Assembly: GCA_026023565.1 (NCBI GenBank)
Contig: JAPETS010000002.1
Location: 186,001-250,000, forward strand
DNA: 64,000 nt
DNA from: Cirrosporium novae-zelandiae
Taxonomy: Eukaryota
Direction of reading: 5' to 3'
Part shown: positions 62,018-64,000 of the stretch, piece after piece
Layout of the letters: every line of letters begins with the position of its first letter
Position numbering within the stretch: position 1 is the first letter of the stretch
Program-made: the position numbers and the translations under genes
The notes under the pieces: generated by a model
The model's database searches: none
What the model was told of the DNA's origin: nothing
The model's input: only the letters and a program-made list of their open reading frames with translations

Positions 62018-64000
62018 ATGAACAGCTCTAAACCTTCACCGACCGCTCCATCCTTGAAGCGCAGCAAGACTCAACCTGCTCGCAAATTTCCTCCTCGAGA
62101 AGCCTTCCCTCCACCTCGTCCTGATTTCGTCACAGATAGCGTCCTTATCGATAGTTCCCCATCGGTAAAAATCAGTCCGCCTAAAGGTGGAAGTGAAAGC
62201 GTTAGTGGAAGTGGAAATGGACATGGAAATGGAACCCCAGATGGAAATCGAGGCGCTAGACCCACACCCAAGTCGCGGCAATCTACAGGAGGTACAAGGA
62301 GACTTGCTGCTGCTTTCGCCGCTACTGCGCATATGAACGATGAGAATCAGAAGCCAAAGCCTACCACCGCTGCTTCGGCGATAAACGGGAGTGGAATTAT
62401 GCATGGAAGACCTCAGGCTTTCAGGCACGGAAACTCGAAGTCTCTTGCTGGGTTTATGCAAGGAGATGTTACACCAAGTCCATCAAGAACACGACGAGAC
62501 CGCCGCCTATCTCCGAAGTCAACCGCGTCTAGTCCTCCGAGAGGATCTCTTAGGTCACTTAGAGGACTTAGAAATTACCAGCGCTCCAACAAAGAAGGCA
62601 GTCAAAAGTCTCATTCGGAAGACTATTTCGAAGACATCATGGGACTTGTGGATGAGCTAGCGGTCAATCAGCGATATATGGACTACGATCGTGAGCGCAA
62701 CTTTGAAAGATCGCTTGAAACACCACCTTCACTCAAATGGCGGCGTGGTACTATGTACGACTCTCCAAGAACCAATGATATTGCTGAGTTGGAACAAGAA
62801 AATGAGGCTCAGGATGGAGAAATGGACGTTTCCATCTCCGATCTTGGCTCGATGTCCAGTTTCTTTGATACTATGACAGACCGCGATCTGGCAGCTAAGT
62901 TGGCGCAACATGCCAGGGACGAACAGAGAATGTCTGGTGCGATCTCCAGAAATACTCCGGTCTTTGGTAGATTTACAACTGAGCGACCAGGGTTGACATT
63001 TGAGAATTTGCAGCGCCGTGAGCAGGAAGAGAAGGCAAATACAACTATTACACCAGAAAAGAAGCTTCCGATAGCCGCGTCCTTACCCTTTGTAGGTTCG
63101 CCGAAGGACATCGAGGGAAGTATGGCTGGCTCGGAATGGTCAGGACGACAGAATGTACCAAGGGCTTGGGGGAGACATGGAAAAGCTAGGAAAGAATGGC
63201 TCAAAGAGATTAATCGCAATCGACGTAGCCAAACAGGAAGCCCGAATGATAGTGTTCTTGAAAGTTTCCCTCAAATCGAGAAGGCTCCCTTAAACCCTTC
63301 GGACCAACAAACAGAACAACCAGGTGATGACTGGGTTGTTGCGACAGCAGCTAATGTGCCTTTGCCCTCTACAGAAGGTAGCACATCTAGCCAAACCCCA
63401 GCTACTTCAGATTCCATTATTTCCTCAACCGGCTCTTTGGATAAGCTCAAGGAATGGGAGTATCTCGACCAAGATTTCACCGCCAGGTCACTGCAGGTTT
63501 CGCAGACGCCTACGATAAAGAGAAAAATAGATCGCATACAGGACGAAATCGATGCGCTGGAGAAACGAGGTGTTGCAAAAGGAATTCTTCTTAAAGTTCA
63601 CGGCAAGGCCTCGCTTGAGCAACTCCGGAGAACAAAGTCAAATCCAGAGTCAAATCCAGAGTCCAATGATGCAAATTTCGAGGACGAAACAAAATCAGTA
63701 CTAAATGAGCCACAGCCGCAATCGCAGCCAACAGGAGATTTACCCGCCAGTGGCAGCGTCATAGATGAAAAGGGTAATACACTTTCCGTCACCCCGGTCG
63801 TTGACGATAGATCTCGACCGAATTCTGTTTCTGAACACAATAATAACCTTGAAGCAGCTTTAGGAGAGGATGACACACTCAAATTAAAGACCCATTTCCG
63901 GCCACCTCTCGAGAAACAAGATTCAAGGGATGTCCTCCGTCGCCTATCTAGGGTTACAAGTGCCAGCCCCAATTCGCCAGGATCAAGTGCGGTGAGGTCA
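62018..64000 (+). CDS. Large hypothetical protein, truncated at the window end
   Basis: ATG at 62018 (MNSSKPSPTAPSLKRSKTQPARKFPP...) opens a frame that appears to run to the window edge, which would explain its absence from the ORF track. It is S/P/R-rich with blocks PRAWGRHGKARKEWLKEI and WEYLDQDFTARSLQVS. Confidence 0.75.
   Translation, partial: MNSSKPSPTAPSLKRSKTQPARKFPPREAFPPPRPDFVTDSVLIDSSPSVKISPPKGGSESVSGSGNGHGNGTPDGNRGARPTPKSRQSTGGTRRLAAAFAATAHMNDENQKPKPTTAASAINGSGIMHGRPQAFRHGNSKSLAGFMQGDVTPSPSRTRRDRRLSPKSTASSPPRGSLRSLRGLRNYQRSNKEGSQKSHSEDYFEDIMGLVDELAVNQRYMDYDRERNFERSLETPPSLKWRRGTMYDSPRTNDIAELEQENEAQDGEMDVSISDLGSMSSFFDTMTDRDLAAKLAQHARDEQRMSGAISRNTPVFGRFTTERPGLTFENLQRREQEEKANTTITPEKKLPIAASLPFVGSPKDIEGSMAGSEWSGRQNVPRAWGRHGKARKEWLKEINRNRRSQTGSPNDSVLESFPQIEKAPLNPSDQQTEQPGDDWVVATAANVPLPSTEGSTSSQTPATSDSIISSTGSLDKLKEWEYLDQDFTARSLQVSQTPTIKRKIDRIQDEIDALEKRGVAKGILLKVHGKASLEQLRRTKSNPESNPESNDANFEDETKSVLNEPQPQSQPTGDLPASGSVIDEKGNTLSVTPVVDDRSRPNSVSEHNNNLEAALGEDDTLKLKTHFRPPLEKQDSRDVLRRLSRVTSASPNSPGSSAVRS

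Overview
This is eukaryotic, intron-containing DNA from a filamentous ascomycete (Pezizomycotina-like GT-AG introns of about 45-135 nt with CTRAY branch sites). It holds about 20 protein-coding genes separated by long, microsatellite-rich spacers. In order: the 3' end of an SR/Tra2-like RNA-binding protein, Atg14/UVRAG-like, FAN1 nuclease, a fungal transcription-factor-like protein, a secreted GH32 fructofuranosidase, an orphan with a degenerate RanBP2 finger, DUF3807, an MDR dehydrogenase pseudogene, a Ser/Thr-rich secreted protein, DUF2457, SAR1, PP1, an LRR protein, a patatin lipase, a three-gene carbohydrate cluster, DUF3605, cytochrome b5 reductase, a membrane hypothetical and a truncated large hypothetical. 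The most interesting element is the cluster at 50834-57099. It combines a disaccharide-type MFS permease, a signal-peptide-less BNR_4/PL42-like beta-propeller and a secreted GH79 glucuronidase, with shared promoter motifs. It reads like a fungal polysaccharide-utilisation locus for the Rha-GlcA caps of arabinogalactan proteins/gum arabic. Other findings are a candidate alternative PP1 C-terminus lacking the CDK site, non-canonical splice sites in SAR1 and CBR1, RIP-like pseudogenisation and candidate uORFs. Family calls come from motif recognition by eye; no database searches were run. Exon boundaries were derived manually. No tRNA, rRNA, CRISPR array or intact transposon was recognised.
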